DNA of 64,000 nucleotides from Cystobasidiomycetes sp. EMM_F5 (Eukaryota): NCBI GenBank assembly GCA_051047955.1, contig JBPGPT010000010.1, positions 186,001 to 250,000 of the forward strand, read 5' to 3'. Shown piece by piece: positions 62,209 to 64,000 of this stretch (position 1 is its first letter; each line of letters starts with the position of its first letter). The notes under the pieces were generated by a model. It saw only the letters and a program-made list of their open reading frames with translations, ran no database searches and was not told where the DNA came from. The position numbers and the translations under genes were made by a program.

Positions 62209-64000
62209 TCAGTTGAGGAAAGGGTTCGGTTGATTGAGCTTGCAGGATGTGCCATATTCTGGAAGTGTTGCGTTTGCAAAGTACTGCGATGCAAGTTAGT
62301 CGAAGAATAACAAGCATACTAAGCGTAGTCAACACACAGCTTTGATGATGTCCGTATAGCATTCACTAGCCCGTCCAGCATCCGCGGAGTGGGCGCCTTG
62401 CTCAACCACCACCAGTGAAGAGCCTCGAAGACGTTTGCTCACTGTTTGAGCCATCTGTAAGGGTGTGACGGGATCCAGCCGGGAGCTAGCGACCAGTACC
62501 GGAGTTCTATAAATGCATTAGATCGCCTCACTAGCATAAATGGCATTTGGCCCCACCGCGTAATAACCTGTTGCCCTTCCCACGGACCTCGGTAAACTTC
62601 AGTCTGCTCGTATCCCCAGTCGCCTAGACCGTAATCAGCTCACATAGGTGGGGACCAGAGAGCCTAACTTACTGCACGCAGAAATGTGAAAGTTCGAGAA
62701 GAACTCGCCGTACGAGTTTATCTTGCTTATGTTGTACATCTGAGAGGTAATATCCTCCAAAGTCGAAGAGAACTTGCGCGTATCACCGCAGACAATGGTG
62801 TGAATGCCATAATTACTGATGGATCCAGCCGTGTCCATGAACCTGGTGAAAGGCGTGTTGGTATGATCGCCAAAGCTTTTGATTAATGTCAGCAGGGCGA
62901 CTTCATTGCCAGCAGATTGTCATACTTAGGTTGCTTGTACTCTTGTTGTCTGATCTGAGTATCATTCTCCAGGCTCGCCACGTACTGCACGAGAGCTCTC
63001 TTGTCTGTGAATGGGTATCAGCTAAGCGCAGTGCATTCCGGACAGGATCAACACTCGCCATACGCGCCGTATCGCGAAGCATCAATAGCATGGTCGAGCA
63101 GATTGGCAATGTTGAGCGTACCATTCGGCCCCGCTGAGGGTCGACTAGCCAGAAGCGTGAATTGATTCTCATAGCGCCATTTCAGAGCGGGTCCAGTCGC
63201 GTTGGATGTCGCAAGAGGCGTAATGGTCCCATTATTCATTGCGCAAACAGCACCGGCCGCTGCACAGTCTGCAAATAGCAGGTCGAGCACTGCTTCATAG
63301 TCAATTGTCGCCAACTTGGCCAATTCGACAAGATCATTCGTGTAAAGGTCGGCATCCCAGACGCCATCGATCACCATCTTACCCGTCCACTCTGGAAACA
63401 TTGCTGCGAACGTTTGACCGAGAACAGTCCCCTAGAAGATTCGTGAAACCGACGTCTGAGCAAGCTCTACGCTGACATGCATGAAGTTGAGGTATCTTAC
63501 GTAGGAGTAACCGTAATAATTGAGCTGGCTCTGACCCATGGCTTGAGCTAGCGTCTTCATATCACGAGCAGTGAGCGCAGTGGAGATAGACTGCAGCATG
63601 TCTTGATTACCGAACTCCTTGCACCGCTTTTTGAGGAGTCCCTTCAGAGCAAACGATGCGCCAGCATAACCCCATACCGATGCGGTATATTCACCCAAGG
63701 ACATCTGATTAGTATTGAGTTGCCGTCGATAATCTGGACCATAGCCCAGACTAGCCTGCGAAGACCAATGAATAAAGATTATTGATGTGCCGTAAGCATC
63801 AGGAGGCTTACCCAACTGTTCCAGTCGGACCACGCCGTATATGAGTCTGTGTAGCAGTCCAACGATGGCAATGTCATGTTTACGCCTGTAAAGCGCATGT
63901 TTTGTCAGATTCGGCGCAGCATTGTTCTGTGTAGAAGTATTGTACCTCGGGGATCAAAGGCCACCCAATTGTACACCCCGTCCAGTTGCTTTGGGATAGA
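62209..64000 (-). CDS. TAP-like alpha/beta hydrolase (peptidase S33 type), 3' part; gene begins beyond window end
   Basis: WVAFDPRG, LNYYGYSYGTVLG (GxSxG), MVIDGV, LDPVTP and GAHS; final exon YFANATLPEYGTSC...PF. Confidence 0.85.

Overview
Gene-dense, intron-rich eukaryotic DNA that looks like a compact fungal genome, most likely a basidiomycete (inferred from short ~50-65 nt GT-AG introns with CTRAC-type branch points, microexons and gene content). About 30 protein-coding loci can be reconstructed by manual splicing. Most are housekeeping: ADO1, SWI5/SAE3, a RecQ helicase, LYS1, FAM192A/FYV6, TRM44, IMP4, an AreB-type GATA factor, homocysteine methyltransferase, SAD1, KRE6, AlkB, SIN Cdc14, an Nrg1-like C2H2 factor, eIF3d, SEC14, Ars2, NDUFAF7, FRA10AC1 and myosin II. 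The most notable elements are: (1) a tandem array of four paralogous genes (47977-52880) for an unrecognised secreted 6-cysteine family, one copy pseudogenised, with a possible Ecp2/KP4-like fold; (2) a RecQ helicase with RECQL5-like C-terminal features, next to a SWI5 gene the ORF track misses; (3) a tocopherol-cyclase-like gene in a fungus; (4) GC-AG introns, one in frame and splitting a zinc-ligand His codon. No rRNA, tRNA, CRISPR array or transposon was recognised. Coordinates of spliced genes span start to stop including introns; family assignments come from motif recall, not database searches.
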